This document shows positions 30,417 to 41,188 of a stretch of 64,000 nt of DNA, piece after piece. The stretch lies in NCBI GenBank assembly GCA_963665295.1, contig OY762209.1, positions 5,216,001-5,280,000 of the forward strand, given 5' to 3'. The notes below the pieces were generated by a model. That model was not told the DNA's origin. It made no database searches and saw nothing but the letters and a program-made list of their open reading frames with translations. Within the stretch, counting starts at the first letter, position 1, and the number at the start of each line of letters is the position of its first letter. The translations under genes were made by a program, and so were the position numbers. The stretch comes from Syntrophorhabdaceae bacterium (GTDB taxonomy: Bacteria; Desulfobacterota; Syntrophorhabdia; Syntrophorhabdales; Syntrophorhabdaceae).

Positions 30417-31557
30417 CCCCCAGGATTACTGTCCCGCTTGACGCGAGAGACCCGCCGATGCCGTTGCAGAGCGCGGTCCTTGCCTCCCTCACCTGACGGT
30501 CGCCACACTCTCCTCTCAACTGTTTCGTTGCCTCAATGAGGAGAAAGATACCGAACATGCCCGTGTGGACACACGAGAGACCTCCGCCGCCCGTGTTCGC
30601 AGGGCAGCCTCCGCCGGGGGCCAGCCGTTGGCCTTCGACGAACCGTCCTCCTTCGCCTTTCGGGCAGAAACCGAGGTCCTCCAGTTGAAGGAGGACGGTG
30701 ATGGTGAAAGAATCGTAGAGCTCAAGCACATCGATATCCCGGGGCGTGAGCCCCGCCATCCGGTAGGCGCTTTCACCCGAGAACTTTGCGGGGGTTACGG
30801 TCAAATCCGGCATACCCGTGATACTCCGGTGAGTATGGGACTCCCCGCACCCCAGGATGCGAACGGGTTTCTTCCTCAGGTTCCGCGCCCGCTCCATGGT
30901 GGTGACAATAACCGCCCCGCCTCCATCGCTCACGAGGCAACAGTCCCTGAGGCGAAGAGGGGTGGACATCATGGGTGAGGCAAGGACGTCGTCGATGCTC
31001 AAAGGACCCCGCATGGAGGCAACCGGGTTGAGGGCCGCCCATTTCCGGGCCGCCACCGCGATCTCGGCAAGCTGCTCGCTCGTGGTGCCGTACTGGTACA
31101 TGTGACGCTGGGCAGCAAGAGCGTAAGTGGGAATAGGGACCCATTGGCCGTAAGGTATCTCGAACTGCTCCTCCGGTTCCTGGACCGCTCCTGTGGCAAA
31201 GTTCAGGGCCAGCCCTTTCTTCCGGTCCGACAGGCGCGTCTCTCCGTAGCAGATAAGGGCCGTTTCACAGAAGCCCGCTGAAATGGCTGCCGCGGCATGG
31301 CGCACATGAAATTCGAATGCGGCGCCGCCGGGCATGGTGCTATCCGAGTAGGTCGGGCGTATGCCAAGATATTCGGCGACCATGATAGATTCCATGGTAA
31401 GCCACCCCGCAGAGAAAAACCCGTCTATATCGCTCTTGCGAAGTCCCGCATCGTCAAGCGCTCTATTGGTCGCCTGCGCGATCAGTTGCAGGAACGTCTT
31501 ATCCGGGGTATACCCTATATCCGACTCCGCTACGCCTACAATTGCCGTTTCTCTCAT
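30409..31557 (-). CDS. SCP2-type thiolase family protein
   Basis: MRETAIVGV start, DCCLVSDGGGA, ELYDSF, GGGLS..H. Confidence 0.9.
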   Translation of the reverse strand: MRETAIVGVAESDIGYTPDKTFLQLIAQATNRALDDAGLRKSDIDGFFSAGWLTMESIMVAEYLGIRPTYSDSTMPGGAAFEFHVRHAAAAISAGFCETALICYGETRLSDRKKGLALNFATGAVQEPEEQFEIPYGQWVPIPTYALAAQRHMYQYGTTSEQLAEIAVAARKWAALNPVASMRGPLSIDDVLASPMMSTPLRLRDCCLVSDGGGAVIVTTMERARNLRKKPVRILGCGESHTHRSITGMPDLTVTPAKFSGESAYRMAGLTPRDIDVLELYDSFTITVLLQLEDLGFCPKGEGGRFVEGQRLAPGGGCPANTGGGGLSCVHTGMFGIFLLIEATKQLRGECGDRQVREARTALCNGIGGSLASSGTVILGVD

Positions 31558-31677
31558 TGCCTCTCCCTTACCCTCCCCCGGTTTACGTTCCCAATCCGGG
31601 GGACTGTGGTACATTGTCCTTGAATCCGGACAATTGTAAACCAACAGCCGGGCAAAATGCAAAGGGAAAAGGATGGG

Positions 31678-33420
31678 TTATCCGTCGAGCGTGCGGCGGA
31701 TGGCCTGGGCAAGTTCACGGTTCGAGAGGGGCTTCATCAGGAGTTCCCTGATCCCCTCCTTCCTCACCGATTCCGGCGTCACGTCATCGGAATGACCGGT
31801 ACAAAGGAGAATGGGTATATCCGGCCTCACGTGGAGAAGCTTCCCGGCGAGACGCCTCCCCGTCATCTCAGGCATGGTCTGGTCCGTAATCACCAGGTCG
31901 AACCCGGCGGGATCAGTGGCGAAAAGCTCATACGCCGCGGCGCTGCCCGTTGTCGCCGTCACCCTGTAGCCGAGGCGCTCGAGCGCGGCCTTCGCCCATT
32001 CCACCAGGATATCTTCATCGTCCACGAATAGTATCCTCTCCACGCCCCTCAAGGTGCCCGGCTCCATGGGTTTCTCCGGCTTTGTCTCCTCGGCTCCCCC
32101 AGGAAGGAGCACCCGAAACGTGGAACCCGCGCCGGGCGTGCTCTCCACCGTGATGGCGCCGTGAAGACCCTTCACGATGCCGAATACCGCGGCGAGCCCA
32201 AGGCCCGTGGCCCGCCTCGTCTCTTTCGTGGTGAAGAAAGGCTCGAAGACCCTCCTTGCCGTTTCCGGGTCCATGCCTGCGCCGGTATCCTTCACCGCCA
32301 GTTGCAGGTAGATCCCCGGCTTGATATCCGGGTCGGGAAGCCGGTCTTCGCGGACCTCCAATCCGGTCAGGCTTATTTCGAGGGCCCCTCCGTCTTCGCC
32401 CATGGCCTCCGCGCCGTTGGTGGCGAGGTTCACGAGGATCTGCTGGATTTCTGAAGGGTCCGCGAGGGCGACGTCGGAGGCGCAATCCAACCTGAGGTCC
32501 ATGCGGACCGTCGAAGGCAGCGACGCCCTCAGGAGCTTCGTGGTCTCCTTGATCACGGGGGATACGGAAAGGGGCCTTCGCGCATACCGGCCCCTGCGAC
32601 TGAAGGCAAGGATCTGTTTCACGAGCTCTCTTCCCCTCAACGCCCCTTTCATTACATATCGAAGATTTTTCACTGCTGTGGAATCTCGGGGGAGATCGTC
32701 GAGGGCCATTTCCGCAAAGCCCAGAATTCCTGCAAGGATATTGTTGAAATCGTGGGCAATACCACCGGCAAGGGTCCCTATCGCCTCCAGATGCCGCGCC
32801 TGCCGGAGCTGTTCCTCCAGCTTCAGCTGTTCGGTAATATCCCGGGCTACCGCAACATATCCCGATATGCCGCTCTCTTCCCTTATAGGAGACATGCTCA
32901 CTTCCGCTCTGTAGGTGGAGCCGTCCTTTTTCCTGCCTGTTCTCCGTCCGATCCAAACCTGCCCTTGCTCAAGGGTATCGCGGATGCGCCGGTAGAACAT
33001 GTTGCCCGGGATTTTGCTGCCGAGAACGGTAATCTCCTCGCCCACAATTTCTTCTCGGGAGTACCCTGTCTTCTTCTCAAATGCCGCGTTCACGTACTGG
33101 ATCTTCCAGTTCGTGTCTATGATCACCACGGTCTCGTCGAGTTGCTCCACCACCGTGGCGAGACGCCCGCGTTCCGCCTCCACCCGCCGACTTTCGCTCA
33201 AACCCGGCGCCGTGGCAAATATGTCCGCCGTCTTTCCTGTGCCATCGTGACAGGTGACGGCATCGCAGAGGACGGGTGTAGCGTGCCCGGCACCTCCGGG
33301 CCCTTCTTCCCGCGCTTTCCGGCCTTCTTTTACACCCGTCACGTCGTGACCCCGGGGAGCCGCTCCGCGGGTGTCCTTCGAAACATACTTCTTGTCTTTC
33401 ATTCCTGCGACCTCGCTCAC
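31678..33420 (-). CDS. Cytoplasmic PAS hybrid histidine kinase/receiver
   Basis: PAS, AHDFNNIL H-box, EPFFTTK, C-terminal REC; start uncertain. Confidence 0.92.
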   Translation of the reverse strand: MSEVAGMKDKKYVSKDTRGAAPRGHDVTGVKEGRKAREEGPGGAGHATPVLCDAVTCHDGTGKTADIFATAPGLSESRRVEAERGRLATVVEQLDETVVIIDTNWKIQYVNAAFEKKTGYSREEIVGEEITVLGSKIPGNMFYRRIRDTLEQGQVWIGRRTGRKKDGSTYRAEVSMSPIREESGISGYVAVARDITEQLKLEEQLRQARHLEAIGTLAGGIAHDFNNILAGILGFAEMALDDLPRDSTAVKNLRYVMKGALRGRELVKQILAFSRRGRYARRPLSVSPVIKETTKLLRASLPSTVRMDLRLDCASDVALADPSEIQQILVNLATNGAEAMGEDGGALEISLTGLEVREDRLPDPDIKPGIYLQLAVKDTGAGMDPETARRVFEPFFTTKETRRATGLGLAAVFGIVKGLHGAITVESTPGAGSTFRVLLPGGAEETKPEKPMEPGTLRGVERILFVDDEDILVEWAKAALERLGYRVTATTGSAAAYELFATDPAGFDLVITDQTMPEMTGRRLAGKLLHVRPDIPILLCTGHSDDVTPESVRKEGIRELLMKPLSNRELAQAIRRTLDG

Positions 33421-33890
33421 TTACCGTGTATCCCCCTATCAGGGAGTCGGCATTTCAATATGTCACTGTTTTCTTATTTCCTTTTTTCCCGTTGTTTCCA
33501 TCGGACCAACCATCCGACAAATCCGCCTTTTACGCCAACGCCCGCCTTCACCGGGAATCCCTTCCCTGTATGTCGGAACAGACAAGATACACTCGAGCGC
33601 ACGTGAACGGCGCATCAGGGGGAACATGGGGGCGTGACAGGAAGACAAGAGATCTCTACAGTCCGGTATCATGCCCTATCTCAAAAAAGTAAGGCTTCAG
33701 GGAGGCTTCGTCAAGGCTGGTCCGCCAGTGGGTCGCCATCCTCCGGGAAGAGGCGCCCGTACCCTTGCGACCGCCTTTCTCCGGAACTCCCTGATAGGGT
33801 GCAATAAAACAGGATGAGACGTTGCGCGTCCCCATGGAAGGTATTACATTCTTTAATAAAGGACTACCCATACCATTAGAGGAGGATCAT

Positions 33891-34349
33891 ATGCCAAAAG
33901 AGAGCGCTTCTACCCGCACCGGACGGCGGCCACGTTATGCAAAAGAAACCGATACCCCTTATGAGTATCCATCATATCGTCATCTGCATGGACCTGGTTA
34001 CCATGACCCGCTCCATCCGGAAGATATGCATTTCGGAGGAGGATACCGTGACTTTTCAGGGGACGAACAGAAAGACCTTTACGGCGAGCCCAGGCAGGGG
34101 CCCTATGAAGGTGTAGGCCCCAAGGGCTATAAACGCTCCGACGAGCGCATCCTCGAAGACGTATCGGAACGCTTCATGGAGGACAGCCACCTGGACCCGA
34201 GCAGTGTAGAAGTAGAAGTGCGTGGCGGTGAGGTATTCCTCAAAGGGTCGGTACCTGTCCGCTACATGAAGAGGCTTGCGGAGGATATAGCCGTGTCGGC
34301 TCTCGGCGTCAAGGACGTTCAGAACCAGCTCCGCGTAAAAGAAGACTAG
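33891..34349 (+). CDS. BON domain protein
   Basis: GPKGYKRSDERI...GVKDVQNQL; SD ggagg. Confidence 0.88.
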   Translation: MPKESASTRTGRRPRYAKETDTPYEYPSYRHLHGPGYHDPLHPEDMHFGGGYRDFSGDEQKDLYGEPRQGPYEGVGPKGYKRSDERILEDVSERFMEDSHLDPSSVEVEVRGGEVFLKGSVPVRYMKRLAEDIAVSALGVKDVQNQLRVKED

Positions 34350-34431
34350 GAAACAACAAAGATGATGGCGGGACTCTTCAATGGGTTCCGCCATCATCTT
34401 CATCAGCCCGTAGCTCTCACGGCCGCCCGGG

Positions 34432-35388
34432 CTAACGTTCCCCTACTGCGAACATTTCAGCAGCCCATTCAACCCTTGTCTCCGGCGACGAGAAGATACC
34501 GGGTGGAGCCTGGTCTATCTGCAGGAGCCGCTTCCTGAGACCTGCGCCGTTAGCCATCTGTATCTGAAGGCCCGGGCGGGCGTTCATCTCGAGCATAAGG
34601 GGCCCGCGCTCTTCATCGATAACCATATCCACGCCCAGATAGCCGAGGCCGGTCATATCGATGCCTTTTGCCGCGGTGAGGAGCATATCCCCCCATGAGG
34701 GAATCTGTATGCCTGTGACGGGATTCCCCGTGTCAGGGTGGCGGTTCACGATCTCCGACCCGTGTACGGCCCGGAGAGTGACCCCTTTTCCCATGTCTAC
34801 GCCCGCGCCTAGGGCGCCGCGATGGATGTTGGCTTTTCCGTCGGACGCCTTTGTGGGGAGACGGACCATGGCCATGACCGGCACCCCGCGGTAGGCGATA
34901 ATGCGGATATCCGGCACGCCTTCGTAGGTTACCGAGGCAAAAACAGGAGCGGGACGGACGAGGGCCTCGATAAGGGCCTTGTCTTCGAGGGCTTCCAGGG
35001 AGTGAATGCCCGCGAGAATATCGGAGATGTGATAGGTGAAATCTTCGCGGGAAATGATTTGGCCGTTCTGTTTCACAAAACCTTGAACCGTGCGGTCGCA
35101 GACGAGCACGATGCCGCTTCCCCCCGAGCCTCGGGCAGGCTTCAAGGCGAAGGCGCGATGTTCTCCGAGGGCGCTCTCGAACCCCTCGATATGCCCATGG
35201 TTCTCTATTACGTGGTAAAGTTCAGGGGTCGGTATATCGTGCCGGGCCGCGAGCACCTTGGTAATGAGCTTGTCGTCTACTGAGGGGAAGGCGGAGCGTT
35301 GGTTGTATGCCATAATATACTCGGCGTTCCGGCTGTTCATGCCCAGAATGCCGGCTTCCCGGAGCCACTTTGCGGTACTCGACGCCAT
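34432..35388 (-). CDS. Alpha-L-glutamate ligase-like ATP-grasp protein (RimK-related)
   Basis: GILGMNSRN, KPARGSGGSGI, GVPDIRII, LEMNARPGL; start overlaps upstream stop. Confidence 0.9.
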   Translation of the reverse strand: MASSTAKWLREAGILGMNSRNAEYIMAYNQRSAFPSVDDKLITKVLAARHDIPTPELYHVIENHGHIEGFESALGEHRAFALKPARGSGGSGIVLVCDRTVQGFVKQNGQIISREDFTYHISDILAGIHSLEALEDKALIEALVRPAPVFASVTYEGVPDIRIIAYRGVPVMAMVRLPTKASDGKANIHRGALGAGVDMGKGVTLRAVHGSEIVNRHPDTGNPVTGIQIPSWGDMLLTAAKGIDMTGLGYLGVDMVIDEERGPLMLEMNARPGLQIQMANGAGLRKRLLQIDQAPPGIFSSPETRVEWAAEMFAVGER

Positions 35389-36914
35389 TATTCCTTCCTC
35401 AAGGCGCGAAAACGCACCAACTCGGAAACCCGGTAGCCCGTGTAGCGCCCAAGAAGGATCTGGAGCGCCGCAAGGGCGAGGAGAAGTTCGGGATAGACGA
35501 AGAAGGTGAGTTGAAGGGTCTGGATGTGGATAATGGCGTGGGTAATCGCCGCCACAGCCGCGCTTCCCGCGGCGTTTCTCAGACCTTCCTGGATGCCCGC
35601 CTCTTCGACAATCACAAAAAAACGCTCGATCATCATGGTGAGGATTACGAACGGCAGAAGGCCCACTGCCATGAGTTCCCTTACGCCCAGCTTGTTTCCC
35701 AGGACCGCGAGAAAAGTGAAGCACCCTATGACCGCGGTAAGGATCACGGAAAGTCGCGGTACGAGAAGGAGGTGAAGCTTGTCCAGCACGGAACGCATAA
35801 CATAGCCTACAAGGATCACCCCTGTAAAGATCGCAAGACCGTAGTCAAGGCCGGTGCTCCGGAAAGCGAGGGCCATAAGGACGGGCATGAATATTCCGAA
35901 TGTGGGAAAGCCTATGATATTACGTAATATGCAGACCATGAGGGCCCCTATGGGCACAAGAAGGAGTATACGGAACGTCGCCTGGAACTCGGGGGGCAGA
36001 GAGAAGAGGGACCAGCGGTTGAGCAGCTTGTCCGGTTGCCTGATCCGGTCGAAATAGACGCTCCACTGACTCACGACCTGTTGCCTCAGGTCCCAGCGAA
36101 CCTCGGGCACGCTTCCGCGGGACACACGCACGGGGGATATATCACCCGTGGTGAGAGGAAGAAAGGAGAGGGACTTCTCATATACCGTCCCGGTATCCGG
36201 TTCAATATACGCCCAATGGGTACCGGTCCAGGCTTCCACCATACGCACCGTCTCGCGGGTCACACTTTCCGCGAGGATGAGGCCGTGAGTCACCTGCGCG
36301 GGCAGATCGGCGGCCCGGAAGAGGCCCTGCAACGCCGTTGCCCGCCCGACCCTTGCCGTCACTTTCGACCACATCTTCACATCCGACGGATCGGGAGCCG
36401 GGTCCCCCCACTTTCCTGAGGCGGTTGCGGATATTGCGTGGATTCTGTCCATAACGGGCAGGCGGGACCACCGGTCCGCAATCCGGCTTGCCAGTTCCCG
36501 GTCGCCTTCGCTAAAAGAAGGCGGATAAGGTCCGGCAGGCATGGGTCTTGTCCGGGACGATTTTGACGGTTTTAAAAGAACGATGGCGCGATAACCGATC
36601 ACCGCGCCTGCGGGGCCGGTCTTTCCCGACCATTCGCCGCTCCTGTTTACTCCCTGACGGAGAAGGGTAAAATCAAGGCCCCCTGAGGTAATCCTTTCTT
36701 CGGTTACGGTCTGGCCGCCATGTGTGTAGGGAAGGCTGATCGCAACGTCCATCTCCTTCTGCCCGGCCTCGACAAGCCCTTCTATGGAGAGCTGCCACAC
36801 TCTTACCGCCGACGCGGGGAACAGGGGATATTCCAGGCGTACAACACGGTAAGTTATGAGGGCGGCCGTTACCGCAAAGAGGAACACCGCGAGCAACACC
36901 GCCGGACGCTTCAT
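35388..36914 (-). CDS. Inactive transglutaminase fused to 7-TM domain
   Basis: TFGIFMPVLMALAF, LLLVPRL, PFVILTMMIER, LGRYTGYRVSEL motifs; typical operon context. Confidence 0.88.
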   Translation of the reverse strand: MKRPAVLLAVFLFAVTAALITYRVVRLEYPLFPASAVRVWQLSIEGLVEAGQKEMDVAISLPYTHGGQTVTEERITSGGLDFTLLRQGVNRSGEWSGKTGPAGAVIGYRAIVLLKPSKSSRTRPMPAGPYPPSFSEGDRELASRIADRWSRLPVMDRIHAISATASGKWGDPAPDPSDVKMWSKVTARVGRATALQGLFRAADLPAQVTHGLILAESVTRETVRMVEAWTGTHWAYIEPDTGTVYEKSLSFLPLTTGDISPVRVSRGSVPEVRWDLRQQVVSQWSVYFDRIRQPDKLLNRWSLFSLPPEFQATFRILLLVPIGALMVCILRNIIGFPTFGIFMPVLMALAFRSTGLDYGLAIFTGVILVGYVMRSVLDKLHLLLVPRLSVILTAVIGCFTFLAVLGNKLGVRELMAVGLLPFVILTMMIERFFVIVEEAGIQEGLRNAAGSAAVAAITHAIIHIQTLQLTFFVYPELLLALAALQILLGRYTGYRVSELVRFRALRKE

Positions 36915-37417
36915 TTTATCTGAGTCCGCGGACAGGTCGGTTTAAGGATGTTGGCGCACAGGCAATCGACCACGAAACCCTGTTCAAGGATATTGCGCCC
37001 CACAATCATGGGATATTTCATTTTGGCACGGTTGCTCAGGTTCACCTTCGCGAGGAGGGCCCTGGAGCCCACGCAGACCTCCATCTCAACCACCGGCCTT
37101 CGCTGGGTGCCCGAAGCCGAGCGCACTTTCTTCCACTCCACCACGGGAAGACTGATCTTTGTGCCCCCATACTTCTCAGGCAGCCTGAACTCCGCCACGC
37201 CATCCGTCACCGTCAGCTCCCGGGCATCGAGAGAGGTCATGAGCGCCCCTGTGTCGATGCGGGCCGGAATCCTGACCTGCCACGGAAGGAGGATCACCTC
37301 TTCTGCGACGCCTATGGACGTCTTTTCTTCACTGTATGCCATACCCCCCGCAAAAAGGACACAGGCCACGAGAAGAACGGCAGAAAAAAGAACTCTAGTG
37401 TCTTTCATCATCAGCAT
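36911..37417 (-). CDS. Retropepsin-like aspartic peptidase (RimK-associated 'ATP-dependent zinc protease' family)
   Basis: ARIDTGA, QRRPVV, MIVGRN; signal peptide; start may be 37411 or 37408. Confidence 0.88.
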   Translation of the reverse strand: MLMMKDTRVLFSAVLLVACVLFAGGMAYSEEKTSIGVAEEVILLPWQVRIPARIDTGALMTSLDARELTVTDGVAEFRLPEKYGGTKISLPVVEWKKVRSASGTQRRPVVEMEVCVGSRALLAKVNLSNRAKMKYPMIVGRNILEQGFVVDCLCANILKPTCPRTQIK

Positions 37418-37928
37418 TATATCAGATCAGTCACGGCATGGACAACTCTAATCCGCTTCCGCCATGCCTGCGCAAGCCGGTATCTCCATGCCCTCGTTAT
37501 GCCCGTCCCTAAATATAAACACTCCCTTCAAAAAAGGAAGGGGGCGGGTCTTGGCTTGAGGTTTGATAAACGAATGGGCAGGGCCTTTAGGGACCCTGCC
37601 CATTAGGGGGGTTATATTGAGGTGCGGGCTCACCTCAATTCTGGATTGCTCTATTCTTACGGCCTCTCATCCGCCGTTCGCAGGAACACTGTACCCCAGA
37701 CATTCCCGCTTAGAAATACAGTACCCCAGGTGGCCCCCCATGTCAATAGTTTTTTCAAACTTTTTCAATAATTTCGTATCACTATTTTGTCCTTTTCCGT
37801 CCCGGTTTCACCGGAGCTTCATTTTCTCTCCCCCGTTCCTGATGCGAGACAACCGTAAGGTATCGAAGGAAATTCCTTCCAGCCTCGCTCGCCCTTTACG
37901 TCCGGGCCTCGCAAGGTTATAATGAACC

Positions 37929-38267
37929 ATGAAGAAGAAAGGACCCAAGGAGCCTCTTGTACCTGTGGAACGCTGTGATACCATCCGGAAGTACGTAACA
38001 GCTCTTCTCGAAGAACACACCATGTCTGCCAAGGAACTCTCGGGTATCACCAGGGTCCCCGAGCGGGAGATGTACGATCACCTCGACCACATCAGAAAGA
38101 CCCTCCACAAGACCAGTCAGCGCCTTCGCGTGGAGCCGGCCCGGTGCGAGAAATGCGGGTTCGTCTTCCAAAAGAGGGCAAAGCTTTCGAGACCCGGCAA
38201 ATGTCCCCTCTGCCACAGCCAACTCATCCTCCCTCCCCTCTTCTCCATCAGCCACGAAGACGACTGA
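37929..38267 (+). CDS. HTH-Zn ribbon transcriptional regulator
   Basis: N-terminal HTH, PARCEKCGFVF...PGKCPLC. Confidence 0.85.
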   Translation: MKKKGPKEPLVPVERCDTIRKYVTALLEEHTMSAKELSGITRVPEREMYDHLDHIRKTLHKTSQRLRVEPARCEKCGFVFQKRAKLSRPGKCPLCHSQLILPPLFSISHEDD

Positions 38268-38367
38268 CCTGGAGATCCACAAAAACCTTTACATCCGGTG
38301 GTCACTCCGTTTATAATTGGCTCGAATATTTCAGGGAACTACCCACGAACTCTATGAGGTGAAGTCA

Positions 38368-39360
38368 ATGATTACCGGTATCGGAAGCCTGCCTTTCACA
38401 GACGTGGATGAGGCGATAGACCTTATATTTTCCACGTGCAAGGAGATACCCTTCTGGCCCCAACTGCCCAAAAGGTCCTCCCGCGAAAACATGTACACCA
38501 CATTCCTGGACGGGGTCCCCTGTATAGGGGTGGACGAGGCCAAGGGCGCAGTCTACATGGACACGCAGAAGACGGACGGCATAGAGGAGTTCTACGACAA
38601 CTACTTCAACGAAAATTTCGAAGCCTTTGCCGTGTCGCCCGAATCCGCGCCGGGGTTTTACCGGTTCCTCGAACGGCTGGGAGAGGTAAAGTCAGGAGTG
38701 ACGCACATCAAAGGACAGCTTACCGGCCCTTTCAGCATGGGCCTCGGCCTTCCCGATGAAGAGGGCAAACCTATTATTTACAACGCCGCCTTCTTCGACA
38801 TTATCAAAAAAGCTCTTGAAATGAAGGCCAAGTGGATGACCCGGAAGTTGGGAGAGGCTGCTCCCGGCACACCGCTCATCGTATTTTTTGATGAACCCTA
38901 TATGGTCTCCTTCGGTTCCGCTTATGTGTCCATCTCCAAAGAAGAGGCCATCGCCCTTTTCGATGAGGTGACGAAGGGGATCACCGCAAAAAGAGGGGTC
39001 CACTGCTGCGGCAATACGGACTGGTCCGTGCTCTTTAATACCACCCTCGATATCGTTAATTACGACGCCTTCAATTTCCTTGAAACCATCTTCTACTTCA
39101 AGGAAGACCTGCTCAGGTTCCTTGGACGGGGCGGCTTGATATCCCCGGGGATAGTGCCTTCTTCGGAAAAGGTGCTCGAAGTCTCCCTGGAGGAAATCCG
39201 TGCCCTGTCGGCTGCCTTCGACACGCAGATGAAGGGGGCAGGCATCGAGCCGGGCCTCAGGGAATGGCTCTTCACCACGAGCTGCGGCCTGGGAAGCCTG
39301 GGCAACCCCGAAACCGAGAGGGCCATGACCCTGCTCAGGGAACTCGCAAAAGGCTCCTGA
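38368..39360 (+). CDS. Core (single-barrel) cobalamin-independent methionine synthase-like protein
   Basis: TGIGSLP, FWPQLP, FDEP, GVHCCG, SCGLG Zn-ligand motifs. Confidence 0.8.
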   Translation: MITGIGSLPFTDVDEAIDLIFSTCKEIPFWPQLPKRSSRENMYTTFLDGVPCIGVDEAKGAVYMDTQKTDGIEEFYDNYFNENFEAFAVSPESAPGFYRFLERLGEVKSGVTHIKGQLTGPFSMGLGLPDEEGKPIIYNAAFFDIIKKALEMKAKWMTRKLGEAAPGTPLIVFFDEPYMVSFGSAYVSISKEEAIALFDEVTKGITAKRGVHCCGNTDWSVLFNTTLDIVNYDAFNFLETIFYFKEDLLRFLGRGGLISPGIVPSSEKVLEVSLEEIRALSAAFDTQMKGAGIEPGLREWLFTTSCGLGSLGNPETERAMTLLRELAKGS

Positions 39361-39421
39361 GCGGCCGCCCGGCAAAACAAACCTGTATGAATGAGGGCCG
39401 ATTGGTATTATACTCTTCCCC

Positions 39422-41026
39422 GTGAGAGTGCTCCTGGTCCAACCGCCCATCGAAGATTTCTACGACACCTCAATACGCACCTATCCCCTGTCCCTCCTTT
39501 ATCTCGGAGAACGGATCAGGGATATCTCGGAGGTGACCGTCCTCGATCTCAGGACCAACCGTAAGCCGCGGCCTCTGGCAGGCCATCCCTTCCCTGAACT
39601 CGAACCCTATTACAATCCTCACGTGCGGACCCCGTTTTCTTTTTTCGGCGCTTACTACCGGTTCGGCCCCGACGACGCGAGGATAAGGGAAGAGATTGAA
39701 AGGGCGAAACCGGGCATAGTCTGTGTGTCCTCCCTTTTTTCCACTTATTCCCTGGAGGCCATGGGGGTTGCTCAAATCGCCAAAGAGATCAACGGGGAAA
39801 CGGTGACCGTAATAGGGGGGATTCACCCTACCCTCTTCCCCCGCCATGTACTTGCGTCTCCTTCGATCGATTACGCCATACGGGGGGAGGGCGAAACGCC
39901 CCTTTTCATGCTCGTGAGAGCCCTCACGGAAGGCAGGACCTTGAAGGACGGCACCATCGCCGGTCTTTGCTACAAAGAGGGCGACGGTTTCCATATTGCG
40001 GAACCCCACGTTGAACAGGATATCGATTCCCTTCCCGCGAGAAGACTCATCGACCCTCATGCGTACCGCATCGGCAGAAAGGACTATACCTTCTTCCTCA
40101 CCTCCAGGGGTTGCCCTTTTCATTGCGCTTTTTGCGGCAGACCGTCGACTCCCTACAGGAAGAGGAGCCTTGAAAGCGTGGAACGGGAGTTGGAAGACTG
40201 TCTCGACCTCGGCATAGGCGCAATCGATTTCGAAGATGACATGCTGACCCTGGATACCCGTTTCTTTCGCGCAGTCCTCGGACTCTTCGAAGGACGAGGC
40301 GTCACCCTTTCCGCCATGAACGGCATCTATAGTGAAAAACTCGATAAGGCTACCCTTGAAGATATGTTGACGGCCGGGTTCAGGCGGCTCAACTTTTCTC
40401 TCGTCGATATATCCCGTCCCCTCATGGAGGATCAGAAGAGGCTTTTTTCTTCCAACTTCCTGGGACTTTTACCCTATCTCGAAGCCTCGCCATACCTTCT
40501 GGAAACCCACTTCATCATCGGCCTGCCGGGTCAGACCCCTGACGAGGTGCTGGAGACCATGCTCTTCCTCATGGGCAAGCGGCTCCTTGCCGGACCGAGC
40601 ATCTTTTACCTCGCTCCCGGGAGCCCCGTCTTTGACGAGACAGCGGGGGCAGATTGGGAAGGCGGCCTCAAGTCGATGCGGTCGAGCGCGATGCGCCCCG
40701 TCAATCCTCTTCTCCCGCAGGACACCTTGTTTACCCTCATGAAACTTACGAGATTCATCAATTTCGTGAAAGGCATCGTCGACCGCGAGCCGGGAGTGAA
40801 GAGGCTCTCCGATCTCATGGAGGTACCCGCCATAAAGAATCACTCCTTTAACGGAGAAATTGTCTCCACCTTGTGCAAGGATCATCGTTTTACGTGGTAT
40901 GACCTCTCCGCCAAAGCGCTCCGTCCGGAACCTCAGGACGGCCGTCTGGTGGAACTTTTCTTTCGAAGGGCCAGGGGACTCTTCATACGGGGATTCAAAA
41001 CGACAAACTCCCTTGTGATCGATTGA
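39422..41026 (+). CDS. B12-binding domain radical SAM protein
   Basis: GGIHPT, RGEGE, TSRGCPFHCAFC. Confidence 0.92.
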   Translation: MRVLLVQPPIEDFYDTSIRTYPLSLLYLGERIRDISEVTVLDLRTNRKPRPLAGHPFPELEPYYNPHVRTPFSFFGAYYRFGPDDARIREEIERAKPGIVCVSSLFSTYSLEAMGVAQIAKEINGETVTVIGGIHPTLFPRHVLASPSIDYAIRGEGETPLFMLVRALTEGRTLKDGTIAGLCYKEGDGFHIAEPHVEQDIDSLPARRLIDPHAYRIGRKDYTFFLTSRGCPFHCAFCGRPSTPYRKRSLESVERELEDCLDLGIGAIDFEDDMLTLDTRFFRAVLGLFEGRGVTLSAMNGIYSEKLDKATLEDMLTAGFRRLNFSLVDISRPLMEDQKRLFSSNFLGLLPYLEASPYLLETHFIIGLPGQTPDEVLETMLFLMGKRLLAGPSIFYLAPGSPVFDETAGADWEGGLKSMRSSAMRPVNPLLPQDTLFTLMKLTRFINFVKGIVDREPGVKRLSDLMEVPAIKNHSFNGEIVSTLCKDHRFTWYDLSAKALRPEPQDGRLVELFFRRARGLFIRGFKTTNSLVID

Positions 41027-41188
41027 TTCCAGGGGCCTCGCATTTATGGACCCTTGTTTCGCCGCGCAAGTTGATTGTTCTTGAATTTCTCATTTAGATT
41101 AACTATAAAGAAAAGAAGGTTTGTCTGGAAGGTTTATCGTAAGACCACCGCCATTCCTTGGTGGCTATAACGGAGGGGAGGGTGAAAG

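Noticed and set aside
35389..35724. N-terminal extension of the ATP-grasp ORF given in the track
   Set aside because: Overlaps the 7TM gene; family-like sequence starts at ATG 35388
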